Source: Candidatus Woesearchaeota archaeon | GTDB taxonomy: Archaea > Nanobdellota > Nanobdellia > Woesearchaeales > 21-14-0-10-32-9 | DNA length: 39,683 bases | NCBI GenBank assembly: GCA_007117755.1 | Contig: SKFY01000039.1 | Span: 1-39,683 of the forward strand | Direction: 5' to 3' | Shown: piece after piece, positions 16,645 through 26,150 of the stretch | Position numbering within the stretch: the first letter of the stretch is position 1 | Layout: every line of letters begins with the position of its first letter | Notes under the pieces: generated by a model | Database searches by the model: none | What the model saw: the letters and a program-made list of their open reading frames with translations, nothing else | What the model was told of the DNA's origin: nothing | Translations under genes and position numbers: made by a program

Positions 16645-17276
16645 CTAAAAAATTTTATACAAAAAGTAGAAAGACATTATTAGTGACTTTATTATTAGTG
16701 AGTTTTATAATGGGATATATGAGTGGATGGCTAACTTCTGAACAGACAATTTCTGATTTAGAATTAGAAATAGAAAGTCTTAACTTAGATATAAGATCTG
16801 TAAATCAAAGAGTTCAGTTTTCTAAATATTTCGGGGATATATGTGAGCCAGAGCACATAGATTTTATAGGTCGTCGTATATACGAAACAGGTATAGAATT
16901 AGACCGTCTTGAAAGAAGAGGTTTGGAAGACACTAATGATTATATTATTTTAAAACAAAGACATAACGTTAACCAAGTATTGTTTTATACAGAGCTTAAA
17001 AAGTTTAAAGAAGAATGCGAATATGATAAAAACATAATTTTGTTCTTTTTTGACGGGTCAGAAGGAGAAGAAGCAAGAGCGCAAGGAGAAGAAATAAGTA
17101 TTGCGATAGAAGAAAGAGATGTTATTGTTTTACCTATGGATTATGGATACACAAACTATATAAGCTATTTCTATGACTACCACTCTATAAATGAATTACC
17201 AGCTTTAGTTATTAATTACGATACTACACTAGAAGGATTTAGTGAAGCTGATGTTATAGAGACTTATTTAAAATGA
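16641..17276 (+). CDS. Single-pass membrane protein, paralog of 14674-15378
   Basis: Same layout as 14674-15378, with alignable blocks: Cys1 context, KEECEYD vs NEGCEDA, ILFFFDGSEG vs PLLYFNDGES, DVIVLPMD vs DVIVLIFD, ELPALVINYD vs QAPFIVFGDK. ATGA overlaps on both sides. Confidence 0.5.
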   Translation: MTKKFYTKSRKTLLVTLLLVSFIMGYMSGWLTSEQTISDLELEIESLNLDIRSVNQRVQFSKYFGDICEPEHIDFIGRRIYETGIELDRLERRGLEDTNDYIILKQRHNVNQVLFYTELKKFKEECEYDKNIILFFFDGSEGEEARAQGEEISIAIEERDVIVLPMDYGYTNYISYFYDYHSINELPALVINYDTTLEGFSEADVIETYLK

Positions 17277-17974
17277 AACTGTCTATTATCATACCTGCTT
17301 ATAACGAAGAATCAGTTTTGAGAAGTAGTTTGCAAAAAACCAAGGATTATTTTAAACAAAAAAAGTATTCTTATGAAATAATAGTTATAGATGACGGTAG
17401 CGAAGATAAGACAAGAAAAATAGCTGAAGAAGAAAAAGCTGTGCTTAATAAGAAGAGAACTAATAAAGGAAAAGGATACTCTGTTAAAGAAGGAGTAAGA
17501 CTGGCTAAGGGAGATTATATTCTTTATATGGATGCTGATATGTCCACCCCCCTAGAAGAGCTAAAGATTTTTTTACAGTACATAAAAAAATATGATATTG
17601 TTATAGCTTCAAGAAAAACTCCTGATTCTTTAGTAAAAACTAGGTTTTACAAAAAAATTTTGGGAAGAATAAGCCATTTACCTATAAAATTATTATTAGT
17701 TAATGATATTAAAGACACACAATGCGGTTTTAAATTATTTAAGAAAGAAGTGGCTAAGAGACTTTTTAAAATGCAAAAGATAATGAGATGGGGTTTTGAT
17801 TTTGAAATTCTTTTTTTAGCCCAAAAAAATGGTTACGTAATTAAAGAGAAGGGAGTTAGATGGGTGGAGGATAAGAATAGTAAAGTTAAATTAATTGATT
17901 ATCCTAAGACTATGATTGAGCTTTTTAAAATAAAATATTATGATTATAAGGGTTACTATGATACAAAAAATTAA
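17273..17974 (+). CDS. Family-2 glycosyltransferase, dolichyl-phosphate sugar synthase (Dpm1/GtrB-like)
   Basis: SIIIPAYNEE, VIDDGSEDKT and MDADMS (DxD) motifs; 233 aa soluble catalytic domain. Confidence 0.8.
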   Translation: MKLSIIIPAYNEESVLRSSLQKTKDYFKQKKYSYEIIVIDDGSEDKTRKIAEEEKAVLNKKRTNKGKGYSVKEGVRLAKGDYILYMDADMSTPLEELKIFLQYIKKYDIVIASRKTPDSLVKTRFYKKILGRISHLPIKLLLVNDIKDTQCGFKLFKKEVAKRLFKMQKIMRWGFDFEILFLAQKNGYVIKEKGVRWVEDKNSKVKLIDYPKTMIELFKIKYYDYKGYYDTKN

Positions 17975-19526
17975 GGAATATGTTAAAGCAAATAAGTATT
18001 TGCTAATGCTTTTCTTATTTAGCACGGCATATTTTCTTTATCAAAAAAGCATGGGTAATTCATGGGATTTTAATGCTTTTGTTTTAAACGCGGAGTATTT
18101 GTTTGGAGACGGATTATATTTCGAAACTTTAAGACCTCCTTTAATGCCAGTTATTATAGGATTAATAAGTTTGTTAACAACTACCCTGGTTGCTGAGTAC
18201 ATATATATTATTTTAGTAGCAGTACTTTTTTTTATATCAAGTGTTTATTTGGCTAAGGCGTTAGGGTTTAACGAGGTTATTTATTATGGTTTGTCACTTA
18301 ACATTTTTGTATTGACGTGGGGCTTGGTTAATGGAACAGAATTGTTAAGTTATTCTCTTATGCAATTAATGATTCTTTTTTTAGTTAAAGAAAGAATCAC
18401 CGGAGGTTTTTTTCTTGGCTTAGCATCCTTAGCAAGATACAGTAACCTAATCTTTTTCCCTTTCTTGTTATTACAAAAAAATATTAAGAAAATAGTTCTT
18501 TCTTTATTTTTATTCGGCTTAACACTTATTCCATGGTTAACGTATAATTTTATTAAAACAGGTAATTTTTTAACGAGTATAGCAGATCAATACGCAAATA
18601 ATATTTTATTCAGACAAAGTTTTTTAAATAATTCTTATGATAATTACTTAATAGATTTTTTATCAGTGACTAATTTTTTATTAATACCTGCTTTGATAGG
18701 TATAGGAGGCTTTTTGTTTTTAATTTATAATTATTTAATTTTTAATAAAAATAAAAGCGTTAGGAATATTTGGGATTTTATCATAAAGAATAAAGTAAGT
18801 TTGGTTATGTTAATAATACTTATTTATACAACTTATAGTTATTTAGGAATACCTTTGAAACACGCGCGTTATTTGTTTTTAAATTTATTACCACTTACTT
18901 ACTTTGCGTATAAAGGCTTAGAAATAGTAAGTAATTTTTTTAAAACAAAAAAGTATTCTTTTAAGAAAATAATGACATACTTATTTTTAATCATCTTATT
19001 ATTAAATGTGACTAGTTTAGTATATTTAGAAAGTAGTAATACTATTTATTATGAAAGCATATTGGGATACGAGTATATGCGTGATAAAGTAGAGGAGTTA
19101 GGAATTAGTGATTGTGAGTTAATGTCTAATGTCTGGGTCCCCCTTAATTATTTGGGATTGAGTAGTCAACCATTCCCACGGGATTTTCAGATAAATAGTA
19201 AGTTAGATGAAGGTTATAATCTTTTAATAGTGCATTCAGTAGGCGACCCCGAGTATAGCAGTGATAAGGATTTTTTAGAAAGCTTTCCTATTTTATACCA
19301 AGCGCCACATTACATTATTTTAGGAACGGATAATTGTAAAGAAAGATATGTTTATGATATTACCTACACTGAAGAGATTAAAAACATTTATTTAGAGAGA
19401 GAAAACATTGAGTTAAATATTAATCCTTGTTTTTTAATGTTTAGAAATTATGGCTTATTAGAAAAAACTTGTAATTTCTTTAATATGAAAGGATTTGAAA
19501 AAGATGAAAACAGAGAGATATTATGA
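17940..19526 (+). CDS. Polytopic GT-C-type glycosyltransferase candidate (PMT/ArnT-like)
   Basis: 528 aa with ten or more hydrophobic segments in the first ~370 aa and a soluble C-terminal domain. Position between a Dpm1-like GT2 and GtrA supports the call. The real start may be the ATG at 17958 (MIQKIKEY). Confidence 0.55.
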   Translation: MIIRVTMIQKIKEYVKANKYLLMLFLFSTAYFLYQKSMGNSWDFNAFVLNAEYLFGDGLYFETLRPPLMPVIIGLISLLTTTLVAEYIYIILVAVLFFISSVYLAKALGFNEVIYYGLSLNIFVLTWGLVNGTELLSYSLMQLMILFLVKERITGGFFLGLASLARYSNLIFFPFLLLQKNIKKIVLSLFLFGLTLIPWLTYNFIKTGNFLTSIADQYANNILFRQSFLNNSYDNYLIDFLSVTNFLLIPALIGIGGFLFLIYNYLIFNKNKSVRNIWDFIIKNKVSLVMLIILIYTTYSYLGIPLKHARYLFLNLLPLTYFAYKGLEIVSNFFKTKKYSFKKIMTYLFLIILLLNVTSLVYLESSNTIYYESILGYEYMRDKVEELGISDCELMSNVWVPLNYLGLSSQPFPRDFQINSKLDEGYNLLIVHSVGDPEYSSDKDFLESFPILYQAPHYIILGTDNCKERYVYDITYTEEIKNIYLERENIELNINPCFLMFRNYGLLEKTCNFFNMKGFEKDENREIL

Positions 19527-19969
19527 AGCTGAAAAACGAATTAAAAAAAATTAATTTTTTCAATCCCCTAGATTGGTATAGGTTTTTTAGTAAAATAAGA
19601 TTTGTTAGTTTTTTATTAGTAGGCGGAACAGGAGTATTGCTTAATTTGACAATAGTTACTGTTTTAACAGAGTTTTTTTTAGGAAGAGAATTATATTTCT
19701 ATAGTTATTTAATAGGCTTATTCAGTAACTTAACATATAATTTTATTCTATTTACAAAAATAACTTTCAAAACTAAGAAGAACCATAAAAAAAGATATGT
19801 GGTTTATATTACGTATAGCTTAATTATGAGTTTTATACAAGCAATAACCGTGAGGCACATAGTGAACGTGGTAGGAGTAGATTTTTATTTAATAGTTATA
19901 GCCAGCATAATTTTTGTTTTCTCAATTATTAACTTTATGAATTTTAAATTATGGCTTTTTAAAGATTAA
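19523..19969 (+). CDS. GtrA-family small membrane protein (putative lipid-linked sugar translocation)
   Basis: 148 aa with four TM segments and the FLLVGGTGVLLNL signature near the N-terminus. Confidence 0.7.
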   Translation: MKLKNELKKINFFNPLDWYRFFSKIRFVSFLLVGGTGVLLNLTIVTVLTEFFLGRELYFYSYLIGLFSNLTYNFILFTKITFKTKKNHKKRYVVYITYSLIMSFIQAITVRHIVNVVGVDFYLIVIASIIFVFSIINFMNFKLWLFKD

Positions 19970-21411
19970 ATTTTTTCATCAATTATTTTCTTTAAATCTT
20001 TTATTTTTATTCTATCTTGCTCACTAGTATCCCTATACCTTATAGTAATAGAATCATCATCTAAAGACTCAAAATCTACTGTGAGACAAAGAGGCGTGCC
20101 GATTTCATCCTGTCTAGCATAACGCCTACCAATACTCCCTGTAGCGTCAAAAACAACATCATAATCCTTTTTTAAATCATCAAAAACTTGTCTAGCTTTA
20201 GAAACTAATTCAGGCTTGTTTTTTAACAAAGGAAAAACAGCTATTTTTACAGGACTTAAAAAAGGCGCCAAACTTAATAAGTTGTTACCATCTTTTTCTT
20301 TTAAATTTAAATCAATTAAAGCATAAATATTTCTATCAACACCAAAACTCAACTCTAATACGTGAGGAATATATTTTTTACCAGTTTTATCATCTAAAAC
20401 TTCTTGATTCTGACTGCTTTGTTTTTGATGACCTTTTAAATCATGATCTGTTCTATAATGAACACCACCTATCTCTGTCCAGCCTAAGCCTTTAAGATCA
20501 GCTTCTATATCGTAATGATACTTGTTATAGAATGCTTTTTCATCATCTTTTAACTCAGCAAATCTTATAACTTCTTTTTTAAAATTTAAAACTTCGTAAT
20601 AAAACTTTTGAACCATGACTAAATGATAAACGTAGAAAACAGGAATTTTTTTAGCTAATTCTTTAGCTTTGACTTCAATAACTTTTTTTCTATCATCACC
20701 AGGAAGTATTCTTAATACATAGTTCTCAACTGATTTAAAATCATCACATTCATTTATTTTTTCAGGATTAAAAAATATTTGTAGCTCGGCTTGAGTAAAA
20801 CCTCTTTGTCTAATTGTGAAGTTCCTAGGACTTATTTCGTTCCTATAAGCACGACCTATAGAGGCTAAGCCAACAGGTATTTTTTTTCTTAAGTATTCAT
20901 GCTGTCTTTTAAAATTAATATAAGGACTTTGAGCAGTTTCAGGTCTTAAATAAGCTTCTACACCTCGGCCCATGTTTATGGGGAACATTAAATTCATAAC
21001 ATCAACTTTTACTATATCAGAACCATCTACAGAAGATTTTATATTATTTTTTTTAATTAAATCAAATAATTTCTTAGTAGAATAACCCTCAACCATTTTT
21101 TTTAAGTGTTTGGATACTAAGTGATCTGCTCTTTCTAACTGACCAGTTTTGCTTATAGCAACAGGATCTACAAAGTTGTCTAAATGACCACTGGCTTTAA
21201 AAACATCTTTATGCATTATTTCACTTGCTTCAATCTCTACATAGTCATTACTTAGATTCAGGAAGTACTTTCTCCATTTATTCTCGAAATTATTTTTTAA
21301 AGATTTACCGTGATGACCATAGTCGTAAAAACCAGCTAATCCCCCATATAAGTCATTACTAGGGTACATGAATCCTTTTTTTTTACAAAAATCAGGTGTT
21401 GAAATTGCCAT
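19966..21411 (-). CDS. glyS: Glycyl-tRNA synthetase (archaeal/eukaryal alpha2 type)
   Basis: LYGGLAGFYDYGHHG, YRNEISPRNFTIRQRGFTQAE (motif 2) and SFGVDR (motif 3), followed by an anticodon-binding domain. Confidence 0.9.
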   Translation of the reverse strand: MAISTPDFCKKKGFMYPSNDLYGGLAGFYDYGHHGKSLKNNFENKWRKYFLNLSNDYVEIEASEIMHKDVFKASGHLDNFVDPVAISKTGQLERADHLVSKHLKKMVEGYSTKKLFDLIKKNNIKSSVDGSDIVKVDVMNLMFPINMGRGVEAYLRPETAQSPYINFKRQHEYLRKKIPVGLASIGRAYRNEISPRNFTIRQRGFTQAELQIFFNPEKINECDDFKSVENYVLRILPGDDRKKVIEVKAKELAKKIPVFYVYHLVMVQKFYYEVLNFKKEVIRFAELKDDEKAFYNKYHYDIEADLKGLGWTEIGGVHYRTDHDLKGHQKQSSQNQEVLDDKTGKKYIPHVLELSFGVDRNIYALIDLNLKEKDGNNLLSLAPFLSPVKIAVFPLLKNKPELVSKARQVFDDLKKDYDVVFDATGSIGRRYARQDEIGTPLCLTVDFESLDDDSITIRYRDTSEQDRIKIKDLKKIIDEKI

Positions 21412-21488
21412 GTTCTTATTAGTTGATAAGTTTTATATTATAATATTTTTGGTTTTCTGAAGATAAAATAAAAATAGAAAGATTTTTC

Positions 21489-22253
21489 TTGATAAACCAC
21501 TTACCCCTTATTGTAATGGTTAGGAAATCAAGAAAATCTCGAGAGGAATGGAAGATTTATAATAACGTATTTGACCAATTCACTACTAGACTTATACACG
21601 AGTTATCAGGAAAAGGATATTTTAAAGATTTGAAGAGTAATCTCGGACTAGGCAAGGAAGCTAATGTTTTCTTAGCAGATAAAGATGATGAATACATAAT
21701 TGTTAAGATTTACAGATTGGAAAATGCTAATTTTAACAAGATGTATAGTTATATTAATGCGGATCCGAGATTTACAGGTTTAGAAAATCAAAGAAGAAAA
21801 ATAATTTTTACGTGGGCTCAGAGAGAATACAGAAATTTAATGGTGGCTAGAGAATACATCAGGGTTCCTTTACCTATAGGTGTTAAGAATCATGTTTTGA
21901 TGATGGAGAGTATAGGTGGATTAAATCCTTCTCCTATGCTTAAAGATAAGTTCCCAGAGGATCCGGAGAGTTTCTATAAAGAAGTTTTAGTTAATGTTAA
22001 AGGTTTGTTAAAAGCAGGCTTAGTACACGGGGATTTGTCAGAATTCAATATTCTTAATCATCATGAAAAACCAGTTTTTATTGATTTTAGTCAAGGAACT
22101 AGTATAAAAACTTTTAATGCTTGGGAATTATTAGAGAGGGATTTGAATAATGTTAATAATTATTTCTCCAGAAAAAAAGTTGATGTGGATAAAGAAAAAG
22201 TTATTAGTGATTTTAAGAAAGAATTTGATAAATGTCTGACAACGTTTAAATAA
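21489..22253 (+). CDS. rio: RIO-type serine protein kinase
   Basis: GKEANVF (ATP loop), VHGDLSEFNIL (catalytic loop) and IDFSQ (metal loop). The track start is TTG; the in-frame ATG at 21516 (MVRKSRK) is an equally plausible start. Confidence 0.85.
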   Translation: MINHLPLIVMVRKSRKSREEWKIYNNVFDQFTTRLIHELSGKGYFKDLKSNLGLGKEANVFLADKDDEYIIVKIYRLENANFNKMYSYINADPRFTGLENQRRKIIFTWAQREYRNLMVAREYIRVPLPIGVKNHVLMMESIGGLNPSPMLKDKFPEDPESFYKEVLVNVKGLLKAGLVHGDLSEFNILNHHEKPVFIDFSQGTSIKTFNAWELLERDLNNVNNYFSRKKVDVDKEKVISDFKKEFDKCLTTFK

Positions 22254-22276
22254 TAGGTGTGATTTTCTATTGGTTT

Positions 22277-22828
22277 ATGGAGTATAGCTACGAAGTTAAG
22301 ATACCTAAGGAAAGAATAGCAGTTCTTATAGGTAAGAAAGGCTCTGAGAAGAAGGATTTGGAAGATATAAGTAGTAGTAAGATTGATGTTGATTCTAAAG
22401 AAGGAGATGTTAGGGTTACTGGAAGTGACAGTCTTAAAATATTTGCTCTTAGAGAAGTTGTTAAAGCTATAGGTAGAGGTTTTAATCCAGATATTGCAAA
22501 GTTATTGTTAAAACAAGATTATGTTCTTGAATTGATAAGCGTTGAAGAATTCGTTCCTAATAAGAATCATTTAGAGAGGATTAAAGGAAGAGTTATAGGT
22601 GCTAAAGGAAAGTCAAGGGGAACTATAGAGAAAATGACTGATACATTTATTAGTGTATATGGAAAGACCATAGGGATAATAGGTAGCGCGGACAAAGTAG
22701 GAGTGGCTAAGCAAGCAGTAGAGAGTTTGTTAAACGGAAGCCCTCATAGTAATGTTTATACTTATTTAGAAAAACAAAAAACTAATTTGAAGAAAAAAGA
22801 GAAGTTAGATTGGTATCATCCTTCTTGA
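22277..22828 (+). CDS. KH-domain RNA-binding protein (Dim2/Pno1-like), partner of RIO kinase
   Basis: Two KH GxxG loops (LIGKKGSEKK, VIGAKGKSRG). I placed the start at the ATG (MEYSYEVKIPKERIAVLIG) rather than the GTG at 22259. Confidence 0.75.
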   Translation: MEYSYEVKIPKERIAVLIGKKGSEKKDLEDISSSKIDVDSKEGDVRVTGSDSLKIFALREVVKAIGRGFNPDIAKLLLKQDYVLELISVEEFVPNKNHLERIKGRVIGAKGKSRGTIEKMTDTFISVYGKTIGIIGSADKVGVAKQAVESLLNGSPHSNVYTYLEKQKTNLKKKEKLDWYHPS

Positions 22829-23283
22829 AATAATATCATTTCTTTAGCTCTGTAACAAGCAGATCTTTCAACAACGTCTTCTAAGTAATAACAATCAAAA
22901 TCTTCTTCAACGATTTTATCCATGTAACAATCTTCTTTATCAAATACGTCTTCACATCTCAACCCAGTACTTTCCTCGTCACTAGGGATTTCCAAGTCAT
23001 CATTATTTATTATATCCGGACTGTTCTGAACAGAATTTATTTGTTCTCCATTAGGAACACTTTCATAATAAACTATTAGTAAAGAAGAAGACACTCCTAT
23101 AGTTATAACAAAAAATAATAGTAATACATATAATTTAGCATGTGATGTCTTTGTAGCTTTAGCAATAGCCTCATCTACTTCTTTAGGGGACCAACCATTT
23201 TGTACAAGGTTGTTTCTTATTAAAACTAAATCCACACCTCTTTTATACTCTTTTTTAACATACTTATAAATTTCTTTATTCAT
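22816..23283 (-). CDS. Hypothetical single-pass membrane protein with an acidic four-Cys ectodomain
   Basis: A small N-terminal cytoplasmic domain is followed by a TM (LYVLLLFFVITIGVSSSLLIVYY) and an acidic C-terminus with CEDV..DCYM..DCYY..ACYR. It converges on the KH gene with a 13-nt overlap. Confidence 0.5.
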   Translation of the reverse strand: MNKEIYKYVKKEYKRGVDLVLIRNNLVQNGWSPKEVDEAIAKATKTSHAKLYVLLLFFVITIGVSSSLLIVYYESVPNGEQINSVQNSPDIINNDDLEIPSDEESTGLRCEDVFDKEDCYMDKIVEEDFDCYYLEDVVERSACYRAKEMILFQEG

Positions 23284-23355
23284 AAAACTTATTTAGACAA
23301 ATGCTAATGGTTATTAAAATAGTTTTTGGATTGAATAAAGTTCTAACAACAAAAA

Positions 23356-23368
23356 GTTTATTAATAAA
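23356..23368 (+). promoter_or_regulatory. TATA-like box of top6BA
   Basis: GTTTATTAATAAA ends 22 nt before the ATG at 23391. Confidence 0.35.
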
Positions 23369-23390
23369 ACCCTAACAATCAATTAATTGA

Positions 23391-25034
23391 ATGGATAAAC
23401 AATACAAAGCTCACGAATTAGCTAAAGGACAAAGAGATATTAGTATAGCTGAGTTTTTCGAGAGGAATAGACACTTATTAGGTTTTGATAATAAAAGAAA
23501 AGCACTTTTAACCACTATTAAAGAAGCAGTAGATAATAGTATAGATGCATGTGAAGAGTCAGAAATTCTACCCGAGATCATTGTTGAAATAATAGATATG
23601 GGTAATGACAAGTACAGAGTAGTAGTTGAAGATAACGGACCCGGAATTGTTAAGGAGCAAATACCAAAGATATTCGCCAAGCTTTTGTACGGTAGTAAGT
23701 TTCATAAACTTAAAATGCAAAGAGGACAACAAGGTATTGGTATTAGCGCAGCTGTTATGTATGCACAGTTAACCACGGGTAAACCAGCGAGGATAACAAG
23801 TAAGATTCATAAAGACGAACCTGCTTTGTATATGGAAGTTAAAATTAATACGGATACTAATAATCCAGAAGTTTTGAGTTCTGAGAATAAAGAATGGTAT
23901 AAAGAACAAGGTACTAGAATAGAGATAGATTTGGAAGCTACTTATTTTAAAGGAAAACAGAGCGTGGATGAATATCTTAAACAAACAGCAATTATTAATC
24001 CACACGTAACCATTATTTACCAACCTCCTAAAGGAGATCAGATAATGCTTGTCAGAGTTAGTGAAGAAAAACCTGTGCTTCCCAATGAGATTAAACCTCA
24101 TCCTTACGGAGTAGAATTAGGCATGCTTATGAAGATGCTTGAGAAAACCCAAACTAAGACTGTTAAACAGTTTTTACGAGAGGATTTTTCTAAAGTAGGA
24201 AATAAGACTGCAGAGGATATTTTAGAAAATGCAGGTATACTAAGTAAGACTAAGCCTAAACAGATTAATAGGGATATGGCTGAGCGATTAATTAAAGGAA
24301 TTAGAGAAACAAAGATAATGATGCCACCTACTGATTGTATAGTCCCAATAGGCGCGGATTTGTTAGAAAAAGGTTTGAAAAAAGAAGTGAATGCAGAGTT
24401 CTACGCCACTGTTAGTAGAAGCCCAAATGTTTACAGAGGTAATCCATTTTTAGTAGAGGCAAGTTTAGCATTCGGAGGTATGATTGAGAAGGAAGGGAGT
24501 GTTGAGTTAATGAGATTCGCCAACCGGGTTCCTTTATTATACCAACAAGGAGGTTGTGGATTTACAGAAGGAGTTGTTAAGACCGGTTGGAAATCCTACG
24601 GAATACAACAAAGTAATGGGAGTATGCCACAAGGACCTGTAGTTTTAGTTTTACACATAGCTAGTGTTTGGGTGCCTTTTACGAGTGAAGCTAAGGAAGC
24701 TATTGCTCATTATCCAGAGATTATAAAAGAGGTTAAATTAGCTATTCAAGAATTAGGAAGAGATTTAGGCAAGTACATTAATAAAAAGAAAAAGGTAGGT
24801 GCTGAACTTAAGAAGAGAAGCTATATCGAAACATACATACCACATATAACAGAGGCATTGACTGAGTTAATAGATAAGCCAGAAGAGAAGGATTCCTTAA
24901 GTAAAAATTTAAGTGTTTTATTAGAGAAACAAAGAGGAGAAGTTGAAAGTTTAGATTTTGATCCTACTAAGAATACTGAGTACGATGAAGAATTGAAAAA
25001 AATAAGTATGGAAGAGGAGTATGATGAAGAATAA
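23391..25034 (+). CDS. top6B: DNA topoisomerase VI subunit B
   Basis: GHKL ATPase boxes EAVDNSIDA and DNGPGI, followed by transducer domain blocks; 547 aa. Confidence 0.9.
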   Translation: MDKQYKAHELAKGQRDISIAEFFERNRHLLGFDNKRKALLTTIKEAVDNSIDACEESEILPEIIVEIIDMGNDKYRVVVEDNGPGIVKEQIPKIFAKLLYGSKFHKLKMQRGQQGIGISAAVMYAQLTTGKPARITSKIHKDEPALYMEVKINTDTNNPEVLSSENKEWYKEQGTRIEIDLEATYFKGKQSVDEYLKQTAIINPHVTIIYQPPKGDQIMLVRVSEEKPVLPNEIKPHPYGVELGMLMKMLEKTQTKTVKQFLREDFSKVGNKTAEDILENAGILSKTKPKQINRDMAERLIKGIRETKIMMPPTDCIVPIGADLLEKGLKKEVNAEFYATVSRSPNVYRGNPFLVEASLAFGGMIEKEGSVELMRFANRVPLLYQQGGCGFTEGVVKTGWKSYGIQQSNGSMPQGPVVLVLHIASVWVPFTSEAKEAIAHYPEIIKEVKLAIQELGRDLGKYINKKKKVGAELKKRSYIETYIPHITEALTELIDKPEEKDSLSKNLSVLLEKQRGEVESLDFDPTKNTEYDEELKKISMEEEYDEE

Positions 25035-26109
25035 AACTCTTGATGAAATAAAGAAGACAGCAGAGAGACTATATAATAATATAAAGAGGTTGGAAAAAGC
25101 AGAGTTAACCACCCCTGTTAGGAGTTTGTCTAACGTTACTTATAATGAAAAAGACGGCTTTTTTGATTTGAAAGGTAAGATTAAGAAGAGAACACTGACT
25201 GCTAATACTGTTAAAACTTTTGCTCAAACACTAAGAGTTATGACTCTTTCTAAAAGCCTAGTGGAGACTGAAGATATAGCTACTAAGAGAGAGGCTTATT
25301 ACGTTAGTAAGAATTGGTCAGAAGCACGCTTTAATGAACAGAACGAATCAGATAGTGTTATGGATGATTTGGAAGCTATGTTCGGTGTTAATCGTGAACA
25401 AATGGGTTTCATCGCTGATGAACACGGAGGTAGCGTAGCAGGTGAGCTAATAGTTGTTGATAAAGATGCTTCTACAGGTGAAAGGTTAGAAATTGATTGT
25501 ACTAAGTTTGGAAGCGGAGCATATAGTATTCCTAGTGACGTTGAGCATTTAGAGTTCAAAACTAAAGCTAAAGCCGTAATTGCTATTGAAACAAATGGTA
25601 TGTTTGAAAGGTTAAATAAGCATAGTTTTTGGAAGAAGGAACATTGTATATTAGTTAGTATGGGAGGAGTTCCTACTAGAGCCTGTAGGCGTTTTATTAG
25701 AAGATTGAGCGATTCTAATAATTTACCCGTTTATGTTTTTACAGACGGAGATTTTTACGGTTACTTTAATATTTATAGAACTTTAAAAGTGGGTAGTGGA
25801 AACGCTGCTCATATTAATGAATTTTTTTGTGTTCCCCGAGCTAAGTTTATAGGTATAACTCCTCAAGATATTAAGGATTATAAATTACCCACGCATCCTT
25901 TAAAAGATGTTGATATTAAGAGAGGTAAAGACGCTATTAAGAACGATCCTTTTGTTCATAATTATAAAGAATGGCAGGAAGCTATTAAGGAACAAACTAA
26001 GATGGGTGTTAGAGCTGAACAACAAGCATTAGCTAAACACGGATTGAATTTCGTAGTTAGTGATTATTTGCCTGAAAAACTAAAAAAACCTGTTACATGG
26101 CTACCTTGA
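25021..26109 (+). CDS. top6A: DNA topoisomerase VI subunit A (Spo11 homolog)
   Basis: REAYYVS (catalytic Tyr region), IAIETNGMF (Toprim Glu) and VFTDGDFYG (Toprim DxD). It overlaps the end of top6B by 14 nt. Confidence 0.9.
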   Translation: MMKNKTLDEIKKTAERLYNNIKRLEKAELTTPVRSLSNVTYNEKDGFFDLKGKIKKRTLTANTVKTFAQTLRVMTLSKSLVETEDIATKREAYYVSKNWSEARFNEQNESDSVMDDLEAMFGVNREQMGFIADEHGGSVAGELIVVDKDASTGERLEIDCTKFGSGAYSIPSDVEHLEFKTKAKAVIAIETNGMFERLNKHSFWKKEHCILVSMGGVPTRACRRFIRRLSDSNNLPVYVFTDGDFYGYFNIYRTLKVGSGNAAHINEFFCVPRAKFIGITPQDIKDYKLPTHPLKDVDIKRGKDAIKNDPFVHNYKEWQEAIKEQTKMGVRAEQQALAKHGLNFVVSDYLPEKLKKPVTWLP

Positions 26110-26113
26110 ACAA

Positions 26114-26128
26114 AAAGCTTTATAAATA
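26114..26128 (+). promoter_or_regulatory. BRE/TATA of the P1 unit
   Basis: AAAGCTTTATAAATA, with its TTTATAAA core 24 nt upstream of the ATG at 26151. Confidence 0.45.
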
Positions 26129-26150
26129 ATATTCTTCAGTACTATTTATT

